Source: the human T2T-CHM13v2.0 reference genome, Homo sapiens. Taken from it: 64,000 bases of DNA. Positions 37,685 to 54,785 of this stretch are shown one piece after another; the stretch's first letter is position 1; each line of letters opens with the position of its first letter. A program made the position numbers and the translations under genes. The notes beneath the pieces are model-generated. The model searched no databases. It saw nothing but the letters and a program-made list of their open reading frames with translations, and had not been told where the DNA came from. The stretch is taken from the NCBI RefSeq assembly GCF_009914755.1, contig NC_060930.1. One strand, 5' to 3'.

Positions 37685-39932
37685 AATATAAATCATGAAT
37701 TAGGGTTATCAGGCACCATCCTGGGCCAGAGACATATTACACCAGGTATTCAGCTCCCCATTAAAGCAACCAATAATGCACACAACCTTTAAAACACTGA
37801 GGGACACTGTGACAGTAAAAAGCCCAATTAATCTAAGGATGTCTCTTGTAGCTCTAACCACTACAGATGGGATCATTGCCCCCCTCCTTTTTTTTACACT
37901 TTTGCAGTCACATTTTCCCACGGGAAGACCTTTTTATGTGAAGTCAATGTGAATAATTCATTCACTTCACAATTCCCAGAGGAGTAACTTTTCAGAAAAG
38001 TAGCATTTTTTGAGTTATAGCTACTCAAAACATACATATTCCAATGAGAATACATTTAAAATGGATCATCTTTCTTCCAAACTTCATCATATCTCTCCTT
38101 ACATGAACTATATGAACTATAAGCTGCTATAATGTATTATTTGAGTGAATCACAAATATATATATATATTTTAAAAACTTCTTAAGCATAAATAAATAGA
38201 TCTCTGAAATGTTTCTTGAATTGCCAATTTACTCAATATTAACCAAACCTACTATGTTCTAGGCCCTAGGTACTGTAAAGCATCAAGGAATAAACAGACA
38301 AATAAAACAAAGTAGCTAGCAGTTATTGGAATGCGTCACAAAATGTTGTGAAGTGCTGAGTGCCCATTGTTTTGTTTAATATTCACAGTAATCCTATGAA
38401 GCAGGTACTATTATGATTGTTGTTTTCTAGATGAGGTTTAGAGCGGTTGGTTAAGTCATCCATCTGAGCTAGTAAAAGGCAGAGCTCCAGAATATATGCT
38501 TTTATTCTCCATACAATATTAGCCATGGTATCTACTCTAAGACACTACTGTTTACTCTAGTGGAGGGGACAAGTATGCAAGCAAGTATTTTTAATGCCTC
38601 AGCATGTTCCTGGAGCACAGTGGAGGGAGAGAATAATGGTGAACTGCAGAGTGGGAAAAAGAGGTACTATTACAGAGCACTTGCTGGAGGGAGAATCAGG
38701 GACAGACATTGCAAGTAATGAGGAATTGAGTTCAAAACCAACAAGGCATGAGATAGCACACTAACAATGAGATTCTCAGCATGGAAGTTAGGCTAGGAAG
38801 TTAGGCCAAGGCCAGATGGTTAAGAATTCCAAATGTATAACATGTTGAAGAAGTCTTTAAGCAGAGAAATTAGGCAGACAAACCCCAGCCCCCAACCTCT
38901 GCAAAGCTAGTTGTAGTGTAGAGAATGGACAGAATGGGGCGAGGTTGAGGGATGGGCAGAATAACATTTTTACTTTCATTTTTTGCTTCTGAGTATATTT
39001 CAGAGAGTGAAGATTCATGTTTTGTGGAAGGAGCCATATGTACATAAAACATAATTACATCTTCCATGTATGAAGGTCCTACTATAAGCTAGTTTCTATG
39101 TTTGAAACTTTCCATATGCTGTTTTACTTAATCCTCAAAAATATTTTTGCAATTATGCTGCATGTATATTCCAAGATAGATTTCTATGGGAAAAAATCTC
39201 CATTTCATTGATGAGAAAATGGAGGCACTGAGAGTTTAAACAACTTACACAAGATATCAAAATTCTACAGACTCAAGGAATGAGTTCCAATTATATTCCA
39301 AACAAGGAAAGCAGAGTCAGATATTTGGAGCATTACAGATGACATCATTGAGCTGCACAAGTTCTTGTATGTCTGTTTTTTAGAAAGTCTTAGTACTTTT
39401 GTAGTCGCACAATATTTGGTAAATATTGGTCAGTATGGATTTTCAGTCTTTCCTTTTTCAAACATAATTTTGCAATTGGCATCTGTTCATATTGCCCTAA
39501 GGAAACTCTAAGGAAAATATCAGTGACAAGCAGAAAAACTCTTAGATTAGCAGTAACCTCCCCAACAAATCTAAAGATACTGTCTAGTACTATCACACAA
39601 ATGCATCTTTGGTATTGATTGCTGGAACTGCACACTGACCACTGTCCTTCTCTGCTGCAGGAGTTCAGCCAGCAGCCAGCCAAACTAGCATAGATTTTGG
39701 AAAATCAAACTGATTTTCTTTTTATATTTGCCCTCCATGTAGCACCATTTCTCATATATTCGAGGCTGACCTAAGTTTGGGAAATTTGCCAATGAATTGT
39801 TCAGACTTCTTTTTTTATTTTATAACCCTGAAGATACTACTGACCAACACAGGAACACAACTGTTATAAAGAAAGCCAAAAGCTACTAAGAACTTAATAA
39901 TACATGGTCACGCTTTTCCTTCTATAGGCACT

Positions 39933-39966
39933 CCAGAATTGAGTATTAACCAGAATTGAGTATTAA
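39933..39966. repeat. Perfect 17-bp tandem duplication
   Basis: CCAGAATTGAGTATTAA twice. Confidence 0.9.
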
Positions 39967-40831
39967 ATTCAATCAACACAATTAGCTTTAATGAACTACA
40001 CTCTTATAGGGGTTGATGCTTCACTTTGTCCAGTTTTTTTTTTTACAAGGTAAATAGGATAATTCACCTAACATTTCTAAAATTTGGAGTGGAACTAGGG
40101 AAGGTGAAGGGGTTGGCAGTTAGCAAGTACAGCACCATTCTTTTCACTCCTTAACGGAGGTTTGAAGTTCAGCCAGAGGTCTTGGATAATAGGAGTTTTT
40201 AGAGGATATTTAGTGAGGTCCCTATTGGAACGTTATCTGTATTGCAAACAACTGTACATCATTTAGTAATCACGGGCAAGTTTTGGCTTGGGAAAGACCT
40301 CATGCTAATTAGCTTTATGTAAAGTGGAAATGTCACAATTTTGAGGATGCCAACATAATTCTATCCCATCAAATCCCACATGTCAGGCAGGATTATCTAG
40401 TAGAGGAGTGGAGGTAGGGGAAAGGGAGAGAAGCTCTGAAGCCATCTTTGGACACTAGGAGGTTTTCACACCCTCTTGTTGGCTAGGATATAAAATGTGG
40501 GGGTGGGTTGTGTGGTCTCCAAGGTCTCTTAAATCTTTCACATGCTTTGTTCCTATCCTCTGTCCTTTGCTCTCTCATTGTGAATGTAGGGTTTGGGCGA
40601 TTCAACCTGTAGTGGTGAGAAGGAGTTTCCCAACAGAGCCACATGCTGCTGTTGTCATGAAGACTGGGCCAAATTCTCCATGCTCCTTGCATGTGGGGGC
40701 AGCTGGTACCGCTCCTGTGTAGCTGATGGGAACTCACTTTGCAGCTTGCATGTTTTGACAGCCACAGCATTTTCAGAAATGGCGTGGTCACTCAATCTGA
40801 GCTACAGTTCTCCATTTTTAGTATTTTAGTT

Positions 40832-43800
40832 AAAAAAATTTATTATACTTTAAGTTCTGGGTTACATGTGCAGAACGTGCAGTTTTGTTACATAGGTATA
40901 CACGTGCCATGGTGGTTTGCTGCACCCATCAAACCGTCATCTATGTTAGGTATTTCTCCTAATGTTATCCCTCCCCTAGGCCCCCACCCCCCAACAGGCC
41001 CCAGTGTGTGATGTTCCCCTCCCTATCTCCATGTGTTCTCATTGTTCAACTCCTACTTATGAGTGAGAACATGCGGTATTTGGTTTTCTGTTCTTGTGAC
41101 AGTTTACTAAGAATGATGGTTTCCAGCTTCATCCATGTCCCTACAAAGGACATGAACTCATCCCTTTTTATGGCTGCATAGTATTCCATGGTGTATATGT
41201 GCCACATTTTCTTTATCCAGTCTAATACTGATGGACATTTGGGTTGGTTCCAAGTCTTTGCTACTGTGAATAGTGCCACAGTAAACATACATGTGCATGT
41301 GTCTTTATAGTGGAATGATTTATAATCCTTTGGGTATATACCCAGTAATGGTATTTCTGGTTTAGGTCCTTGAGGAATTGCCACACTGTCTTCTACAATG
41401 GTTGAACTAATATACACTCCCACCAACAGTGTAAAAGCGTTCCTATTTCTTCACATCCTCTCCAGTATCTGCTGTTTCCTTACTTTTTAGTGATCGCCAT
41501 TCTAACTGGCATGAGATGGTATCTCACTGCAGTTTTGGTTTGCATTTCTCTAATGACCAGTGATGATGAGCTTCTTTTCATATGTTTGTTGGCTGCATAA
41601 ATGTCTTCTTTTGAAAAGTGTCTGTTCATGTCCTTTGCCCACTTTTTGATAGGATTGTTTGTTTTTTCTTGTAAATTTATTTAAGTTCTTTGTAGATTCT
41701 GGATATTAGGCCTTCGTCAGATGGATAGATTGCAAAAATTTTCTTCCATTCTGTAGGTTGGCTGTTCACTCTGCTGATAGTTTCCTTTGCTGTGCAGAAG
41801 CTCTTTAGTTTAATTAGATCCCATTTGTCAATTTTGAATTTTATTGCCATTGCTTTTGGTGTTTTAGACATGAAGTCTTTGCCCATGCCTACATCCTGAA
41901 TGGTATTGCCTAGGTTTTCTTCTAGGATTTTTATGGTCCTAGGCTTATGTTTAAGTCTTTGATCCATCTTGAGTTGATTTTTGTATAAGGTGTAAGAAAG
42001 GGGTCCAGTTTCAGTTTTCTGCACATGGCTAGCCAGGTTTTGCAACGTTTATTAAATAGGGAATCTTTTCCCCATTGCTTGTTTGTGTCAGATTTGTCAA
42101 AGATCAGATGGTTGTAGATGTGTGGTGTTATTTCTGAGGCCTCTGTAATGTTCCCTTGGTCTATATATCTGTTTTGGTACCAGTACCATGCTGTTTTTGG
42201 GTATTGTAGCCTTGTAGTATAGTTTGAAATGAGGTAGTGTGACGCCTCCAGCTTTGTTCTTCTTGCCCAGGATTGTCTTGGCTTGTGTGTTCTTTTTTGG
42301 TTCCATACAAACTTTAAAGCAGTTTGTTCCAATTCTGTGAAGAAAGTCAGTGGTATCTTGATGGGGATAACATTGAATCTATAAATTAGTTTGGGCAGTG
42401 TGGCCATTTCCACAATATTGATTCTTCCTATCCATGAGCATGGAATGTTTTTCTGTTTGTTTGTGTCCTCTCTTATTTCCTTGAGCAGTGGTTTGTAGTT
42501 CTCCTTGAAGAGGTACTTCGCATCCCTTGTAAGTTGTATTCCTAGGTATTTTATTCTCTTAGTAGCAATGGTGAATGGGAATTCACTCATGATTTGGCTC
42601 TCTGTTTGTCTATTATTGTTGTATAGGAATGCTTCTGATTTTTGCACATTGATTTTTTATCCTGAGACTCTGCTGAAGTTGCTTATCAGCTTAAGGAGAT
42701 TTTGGGCTGAGATGATGGTGTTATCTAAATATACAATCATGTCATCTGCAAACAGAGATAATTTGACTTCCTCTCTTCCTATCTGAATACCCTTTATTTC
42801 TTTCTCTTGCCTGATTGCTCTGGCCAGAACTTCCAGTACTATGTTGAATAGGAGTGGTGAGAGAGAGCATCCTTGTCTTGTGCCAGTTTTCAAAGGGAAT
42901 TCTTCCAGTTTTTGCTTGTTCAGTATGATATTGGCTGTGGGTTTGTCATAAATAGCTCTTATTATTTTGAGATACATTCCACTGATACACAGTTTATTGG
43001 GAGTTTTTAGCATGAAGGGGTGTTGAATTTTGTCCAAAGCCTTTTCTGCATCTATTGAGATAATCATGTGATTTTTGTGATTGGTTCTGTTTATGCAATG
43101 GATTACATTTACTGATTTGCATATGTTGAACCAGCCTTGCATCTCAGGGATGAAGCTGACTTGATCATGGTGGATAAGCTTTTTGATGTGCTGCTGGATT
43201 TGGTTTGCCAGTATTTTTTTGAGGATTTTCATATTGATGTTCATCAGGGATATTGGCCTGAAATTTTCCTTTTTTGTTGTGTCTCTGCCAGGTTTTGGTA
43301 TCAGGATGATGCTGGTCTCATAAAATGAGTTAGGGAGGAGTCCCTCTTTTTCTATTGTTTGGAATAGTTTGAGAAGGAATGATACCAGCTCCTCTTTGTA
43401 CCTCTGGTAGAATTCGGCTGTGAATCCATCTGGTCCTGGACTTTTTTTGGTTGGTAAGCTATTAATTACTGCCTCAATTTCAGAACTTGTTATTGGTTTA
43501 TTCAGGGATTCAACATCTTCCTAGTTTAGACTTGGAAGGGTGTATGTGTCCAAGAATTTATCCATTTCTTCTAGATTTTCTAGTTTATTTGTGTAGAGGT
43601 GTTTATAGTATTTTCTGTTGTCAGTTTTATTTCTCTGGGATCAGTGGTGATATCCCCTATATCATTTTTTATTGCATCTATTTGATTCATTTATCTTTTC
43701 TTCTTTATTTTATTTATTAGTATGGCTAGTGGTCTATTTTGTTGATCTTCTCAAAAAACCAGCTCCTGGATTCATTGATTTTTTGAAGGGTTTTTCATGT

Positions 43801-46245
43801 CTCTGTCTCCTTCAGTTCTGCTCTGATCTTAGTTATTTGTTGTCTTCTGCTATATTTTGAATTTGTTTGCTGTTGCTTCTCTAGTTCTTTTAACTTTGAT
43901 GTTAGGGTGTCAATTTTAGATCTTTCCTGCTGTCTCTTGTGGGCATTTAGTGCTATAAATTTCCCTCTACACAGTGCTTTAAATGTGTCCCAGAGATTCT
44001 GGTACATTGTGTCTTCATTCTTATTGGTTTCAAAGAACATCTTTGTTTCTGCCTTCATTTCGTTACGTACCCAGTAGTCATTCAGGAGCAGGTTCAGTTC
44101 CCATGTAGTTGTGTGGTTTTGAGTGAGTTTCTTAATCCTGAGTTCTAGTTTGATTGCACTGTGGTCTGAGAGACTGTTATGATTTCCATTCTTTTGCATT
44201 TGCTGAGGAGTGTTTTACTTCCAATAATATGGTTAATTTTAGAATAAATGCAATGAGGTGCTGAGAAGAATGTATATTCTTTTGATTTGGGGTGGAGAGT
44301 TCTGTAGATGTCTATTAAGTCTGCTTGATCCAAAACTGAGTTCAAGTCCTGAATAACCTTGTTAATTTTCTGTCTCGTTGATCTGTCTCATATTGACAGT
44401 GGAAGGCTAAAGTCTCCCACTATTATTGTGTGGGAGTCTAAGTCTCTTTGTAGGTCTCTAAGAACTTGCTTTATGAATCTGGGTGCTACTGTATTGGGTG
44501 CATATATATTTAGGATAGTTAGCTCTTCTTACTGCATTGATCCCTTTACCATTATGCAATGGCCTTCTTTGTCTCTTTTGATCTTTGTTGGTTTAAAGTC
44601 TTTTTATCAGAGACTAGGATTGCAACTCCTGCTTAATTTTGCTTTCCATTTGCTTGGTAGATCTTCCTTTATCCCTTTATTTTGAGCTTGTGTGTGTCTT
44701 TGCATGTAAGATGGGTCTCCTGAATACAGCACACTGATGGGTCTTGACTCTTTATCCAATTTTCCAGTCTGTGTCTTTTAATTGGGGCATTTAGCCCATT
44801 TACATTTAAGGTTAATATTGTTATGCGTGAATTTGATCCTGTCATTATGATGGTAGCTGGTTTTTTGCCCATTAGTTGATTCAGTTTCTTCATAGTGTCA
44901 ATGTTATTTACAATTTGGTATGTTTTTGCAGTGGCTGGTACTGGTTTTTCCTTTTCATATTTAATGCTTCCTTCAGGAGCTCTTGTAAGGCAGGTCTGAT
45001 GATGACACAATCTCTCAGCATTTGCTGATCTGTAAAGGTTTTTATTTGTTTCACTTATGAAGCTTAGTTTGGCTGGATATGAAATTCTGGGTTGAAAATT
45101 CTTTTCTTTAAGAATGTTGAATATTGGCCCCCACTCTCTTATGGTTTGTAGGGTTTCTGCAGAGAGACCCACTGTTAGTCTGATGTGCTTCCCTTTGTGG
45201 GTAACCTGAACTTTCCCTCTGGCTGCCCTTAACATTTTTTCCTTCCTTTCAACCTTGGTGCATCTGATGATTATGTGTCTTGTGGTTGCTCTTCTCGAGG
45301 AATATCTCTGTGGCGTTCTCTGTATTTCCTGAATTTGAATGTTGGCCTGCCTTGCTAGACTGGGGAAGTTCTCCTGGATAATATCCTGAAGAGTGTTTTC
45401 CAACTTGATTCCATTCTCCTCGTCACTTTCAGGTACACCAATCAAACACAGATTTGGTCTTTTCACATAGCCCCATATTTCTTGGAGGCTTTGTTCATTC
45501 CTTTTTATTCTTTTTTCTCTAATCTTGTTTTCTCCATTTATTTTATTAAGTTGATCTTCAATCACTGATATCTTTTCTTCTGCTTGATTGATTCAGCTAT
45601 TGAAACTTGTGTATGCTTCACGAACTTCTCATGCTGTGTTTTTCAGCTCCATCAGGTCATTTATGTTGTTCTCTACACTGGTTATTCTAGTTAGCAATTC
45701 ATCTAACCTTTTTTCAAGGTTGCTAGCTTCTTTGCATTGGGTTAGAACATGTTCCTTTAGCTTGGAGGAGTTCATTATTACCCACCTTCTGAAGCCTACT
45801 TCTGTCAACTCGTCAAACTCATTCTCCATCCAGTTTTGTTCCCTTGCTGGCGAGGAGTTATGATCCTTTGGAGAGGAAGAGGTGTTCTGGTTTTTGGAAT
45901 TTTCAGCACTTTCGTGCTGATTTCTTCCCATCTTTGTGGATTTATCTACCTTTGGTCTTTGATGTTGGTGACCTTTGGATGAGGTCTTAGAGTCTATGTG
46001 CTATTCCTTTCCGTTTGTTAGTTTTCCTTCTGACAGTCAGGCCCCTCTGCTGCTGGTCTGCTGGCGTTTGCTGGAGGTACGCTCCCGACCCTGTTTGGCT
46101 GGGTATCACCAGCAGAGGCTGCGGAACAGCCAAGATTGCTGCCTGATCTTTCCGCTGGAAGCTTCGTCCCAGAGGGGCACCTGCCAGATGTTAGCCAGAG
46201 CTCTTCTGTATGAGGTGTCTGTAAGCCCCTACTGGGAGGTGACTC
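40832..46245 (-). mobile_element. L1PA7/8-like LINE-1, truncated within the 5'UTR, ORFs disrupted
   Basis: ORF1 fragments (MGRNQ... 45629-45931; 44669-45565) and ORF2 EN/RT fragments including [10 protein letters not shown]; 3'UTR GGTATACACGTGCCATGGTGGTTTGC; TSD TATTTTAGTT at 40822-40831 and 46246-46255. Confidence 0.95.
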
Positions 46246-46554
46246 TATTTTAGTTCTTAAAACAAATCTGCCCTGGACTCCTAATTCAGGGACCTTCAAA
46301 GTTTTTTGGACACAACCCACATTCAAAAAACAAAACATACAGTTGATACAGATCTATATAAAAACACACAATTTATACAACATTGTCACAAAATAACACT
46401 TAGTGTTATTCCATGTAATGCATTTTTTTCATTATTCTATTTTATTTCACTTTAAAAGAAGTGCTTGTTGTGTCCCATTCAGTTGATGTTATAATCCACT
46501 ATATTATGATCTACTGTTTTACAAGCATTGTTCACATGATTTTAATTAGATTAG

Positions 46555-46995
46555 CATGATGGTTAATACTGAGTATCAACTCGATTGGATTGAGGGATAG
46601 AAAGTATTAATCTTGGGTGTGTCTGTGTGGGTGTTGCCAAAAGAGATTAACATTGGAGTCAGTGGGCTGGGGAAGGCCGACCCACCCTTAATCTGGTGGG
46701 CACCATCTAATCAGCTTCCAGTAAATACAAAGCAGGCAGAAAAACGTGAAAACGTGAGACTGGCCTAGCCTCCCAGCCTACATCTTTGTCCCATGCTGGA
46801 TGCTTCTTGCCCTCAAACATTGGACTCCAAGTTCTTCAGTTTTGGGACTCAGACTGACTCTCCTTGCTCCTCAAGCTTGCAGATAGCCTATTGTGGGATC
46901 TTGTGATCATGTAAGTTAATACTTAATACACTCCCCTTTATATGTGTTTATCTATCATATTAGTTATGTCCCTCTAGGGAACCCTGACCAAAACA
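46555..46995 (+). mobile_element. MLT2A1 (HERVL) solo LTR
   Basis: GATGGTTAATACTGAGTATCAACTCGATTGGATTGAGG...GAGACTGGCCTAGCCTCCCAGCCTACATC...GAACCCTGACCAAAACA; 5-bp TSD ATTAG at 46550-46554 and 46996-47000. Confidence 0.9.
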
Positions 46996-49096
46996 ATTAG
47001 GGACTTGTTCTTTATGTCATTTTCTCTTCTAGAAGAGAATATAAATACTAAGGGCAAGAGCATTGCATGAGAGGCTGCAATATTATCATAGAACTACTAA
47101 ATAACTAGCCCATACCATCCAGAGGATCTTTGCACATCATCTAGTTCCTGGTCCTGGAATTATACCTGAGACTCATAGAGTGCTTTCACCCAGAACCCAA
47201 ATTTTATTTCTAGGAAATAGACACTGTTTGTCATCATTCCTGGTGTCCCATCCCATTCATGCTAGATTAGTTATGTTTATCAAACTTTAGGTTACAGCAA
47301 AGAACTTTACTATGGCTAGGCATATATTATCATATAAATATTTTATTTTTAAACAAAACTTGTTTTCTATACATACTTCATTAACTGATTAGCATCATAT
47401 CTTTTTCTTCATGTTCTTCATACCTAAATATATGTTTTATAAAGAAATCTAAAGATATTTGCTGATTTTTAATGATGGTTATGGTTGCTGGTGAACATTT
47501 TCAAGATTTTCTTATACAAATTTAGCAGTTACAAAGCAATCTCAGAAAAAGTTCTCAATTTTTTTTTTTTGTAGATCTTAACTATGAGTTAAGAGTTTTA
47601 TAGAAGGATGATGTGGGCACCGCATATTTAAATTCCTTGCACAATGTCATACTAAACATAGGAGAAAAATACCCAGGATTTCAGGCTTCTAATAAAATTC
47701 TTATTATAAGTAAGCTTATCCTACTTTAAGGTACTTGATAACAATTTGTGTGAAATTCTATCTGGATATTTAAGCTTTTCAGCGTTCTGAGGGTGTGACT
47801 GGTTATAACATGGTGCTAAGGGGAGAAAATGCCTGGGGTCCCTCCATAGAGAATTCCAGAGTCCCAGACTGTATTTTTATTTCTTTAATTAACCATTCAT
47901 TCATCATTTTTTTTCATTCTTTCATTAGGTCCCATCCACACACATATATTGAGTGTCCATCATATGGCAGTCACTGCACTTGCCATTAAAGATGAATTGA
48001 AGGCATCCGAAGGTTCACAAGAAATGCTCTTGGTCCTTAAGGAACTTTGTCTCCAGAGTCATAAATTATAATAATAATTGCTAGTTGGTGATGCAGCCAT
48101 ACCTGTACTGTGTGTGTTCAGAATCTGAATAACCAGTTTAATAAAGTCAAATTGTTGTGGAAAACACTGGGGAGATTCTGGAACCACTTTGAAAAAAACC
48201 AAAGAAACTTGGAAGGAAAAAAATATAAGCTTCCAAATAGAAATATTAATACATAAGAATTTAATTCCTCTACTAAAAATAATGGCTACCCAAGACATTT
48301 ACTAAATATTAATAGGAACAAAATGAGAGGCTTGCCAGGAGAATAGGGAGCAAAGGTGAATATCGTACTAGGAGTCTTCTATAAAAGAATGGAAATCCTT
48401 GGTCTTGAAGGAGTTATTAAACATCCATGAATTTTTATTTTAATAAAAATCAGGTAGAAAATACAGAAAATAGGCTTGACACAAATAATTTTACTATAAA
48501 TCGGTGTGTTGTTAGTACACACAAGTGAATGAACATTAAATCTACATTGACAGCTTTGCCCAATAAGAATGTATAGATATTGAAAAGAAAGGGATTCAAA
48601 TAATGAAACACTGGGGAACACAACAGAAAACCAGATTCCAGTTCCATTCCCACACTAGAATTACCACTGCAGAAAAGCAAATGCTGAGAAACATTACGTT
48701 TGCAGGAGCAGGCTCACAGGGTTCAACCATTCAAACAAACTCCATTTTGCATAGAAAACAGAGAACAGACAATGACCTTCTGGAATCTTCTCATGCAAAG
48801 TTACCATCTGACCTCTCTGGTGCTATCTCTGTGTAAAAATAAGAAGTGAGAAACAGGAAACATTCACACAGATATTGTGGGAAGGATGCTGACTCAGCTA
48901 GAAGATTGTGACTCACTGGGAACTCAATTGGCTGACCCAGGATGGTATGCCAAAAGAAGTCTCACATGAGGGAGTGGAACCTGGCCTGGCTACCTGATGC
49001 ATCTATGATGTACAATTCACTTTTTTTGTTGTTGTTGGAAGAAACTCATAAAACTCATTACAAGGCTTAGGAATGGAGACCTAATTTTTAAAAAAA

Positions 49097-49503
49097 TTGT
49101 TTTAAACTTTTATTTTAAGTTCAGGGGTATGTGTACAGGTTTGTTATGTAGGTAAAATTATGTCTTGGGGGCTTATTGTACAGATTATTTCATCACCCAG
49201 GTATTAAGCCTAGTGTTCATTCATTATTTTTTTTAAATTCTCTCCCTCCTCCCACCCTCCACCTTCCGATAGGCCCCAGTGTGTATTGTTCTCCTCTATG
49301 TTTCCATATATTCTTATCATTTAGCTATCACTTATAAGTGAGAACAGGCAGTATTTGGTTTTCTGTTCCTGTGTTAGTTTGCAAGGGATAATGGCCTCCA
49401 GCTCCATCCATGTCCCTGCAAAAGACATGATCTTGTTATTTTTATGGCTGCATAGTATTCCATGGTGCATATGTACCACATTTTTTTAATGAGTCTATTA
49501 TTG
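49097..49503 (-). mobile_element. Older L1PA (PA11-16-like) 3' fragment
   Basis: TTTTAAGTTCAGGGGTATGTGTACAGGTTTGTTATGTAGGTAAA...CATCACCCAGGTATTAAGCCTAG. Confidence 0.85.
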
Positions 49504-49882
49504 TGTAGCTTAAATATTAAACATCATAGAATCAAGAGTTACTAAAAAACAACCACCTTTCAAAAAACAGATGGATAAATCAAAATTAAATGCAGGTGCC
49601 TAAACAATATGAAAATATTCTAATCTTGTAGTAATAAAATGGTAATTTTTTTTAGTGCTTTTCTCTTTTTTATTATTATTATACTTTAAGTTTTAGGGTA
49701 CATGTGCACAATGTGCAGGTTTATTACATATGTATACATGTGCCATGTTGGTGTGCTGCACCCATTAACTCATCATTTAACATTAGGTATATCTCCTAAT
49801 GCTATCTCTCCCCCCTCCCCCCACCCCACAACAGTCCCCGGTGTGTGATGTTCCCCTTTCTGTGTCCATGTGTTCTCATTGT

Positions 49883-53706
<3,824 letters not shown>

Positions 53707-53769
53707 TATGATGTTAGCTGGTTATTTTGCTCATTAGTTGATGCAGTTTCTTCCTAGCCTTGATGGTCT

Positions 53770-54785
53770 TTACAATTTGGCATGTTTTTGCAGTGGCTGG
53801 TACTGATTTTTCCTTTCAATGTTTAGTGCTTCCTTCAGGAGCTCTTTTAGGGCAGGCCTGGTGGTGACAAAATCTCTCAGCATTTGCTTGTCTCTAAAGG
53901 ATTTTATTTCTCCTTCACTTATGAAGCTTAGTTCGGCTGGATATGAAATTCTGGGTTGAAAATTCTTTTCTCTAAGAATGTTGAATATTGGCCCCCACTT
54001 TCTTCTGGCTTGTAGAGTTTCTGCTGAGAGATCAGCTGTTACTCTGATGGGCTTCCCTTTGTGGGTAACCCGACTTTTCTCTCTGGCTGCCCTTAACATT
54101 TTTTCTTTCATTTCAACTTTGGTGAACCTGACAATTATGTGTCTTGGAGTTGCTCTTCTTGAGGAGTATCTTTGTGGCATTCTCTGTATTTCCTGAATCT
54201 GAATGTTGGCCTGCCTTGCTAGATTGGTGAAGTTCTCCTGGATAATATCCTGCAGAGTGTTTTCCAACTTGGTTCCATTCTCCCTGTCACTTTCAGGTAC
54301 ACCAATTAGATGTAGATTTGGTCTTTTCACATAGTCCCATATTTCTTGGAGGCTTTGTTCGTTTCTTTTTATTCTTTTTTCTCTAAGCTTCTCTTCATGC
54401 TTCATTTCATTCATTTCATCTTCCATCGCTGATACCCTTTCTTCCAGTTGATCGCATAGGTTACTGAGGCTTGTGCATTTGTCACATAGTTCTTGTGCCA
54501 CGTTTTTCAGCTCCATCAGGTCCTTTAAGGACTTCTCTGCATTGGTTATTCTAGTTATCCGTTCATGTAATTTTTTTCCAAAGTTTTTAATTTCTTTGCC
54601 ATTGGTTCGAACTTCCTCCTTTAGCTCGGAGTAGTTTGATCTTCTGAAGCCTTCCTCTCTCAACTCATCAAAGTCATTCTCCATCCAGCTTTGTTCTGTT
54701 GATAGTGAGGAGCTGCATTCCTTTGGAGGAGGAGAGGCACTCGATTTTTAGAGTTTCCAGTTTCTCTGCTCTGTTTTTTCCCCAT
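53770..54785 (-). pseudogene. L1 ORF1 with a single early 1-nt frameshift; 304 aa open from the internal Met (MENDFDE)
   Basis: ATG at 54785 to stop at 53770 spans 1016 nt versus the canonical 1017; AAAAATCGAGTGCC lacks one base; ORF track 53770-54684 is uninterrupted. Confidence 0.88.

Noticed and set aside
44669-45565. 298-aa frame joining L1 ORF1 to the ORF2 N-terminus
   Set aside because: Produced by chance frameshifts in a dead copy that lacks most of its 5'UTR promoter; the middle of the frame is out-of-frame sequence.
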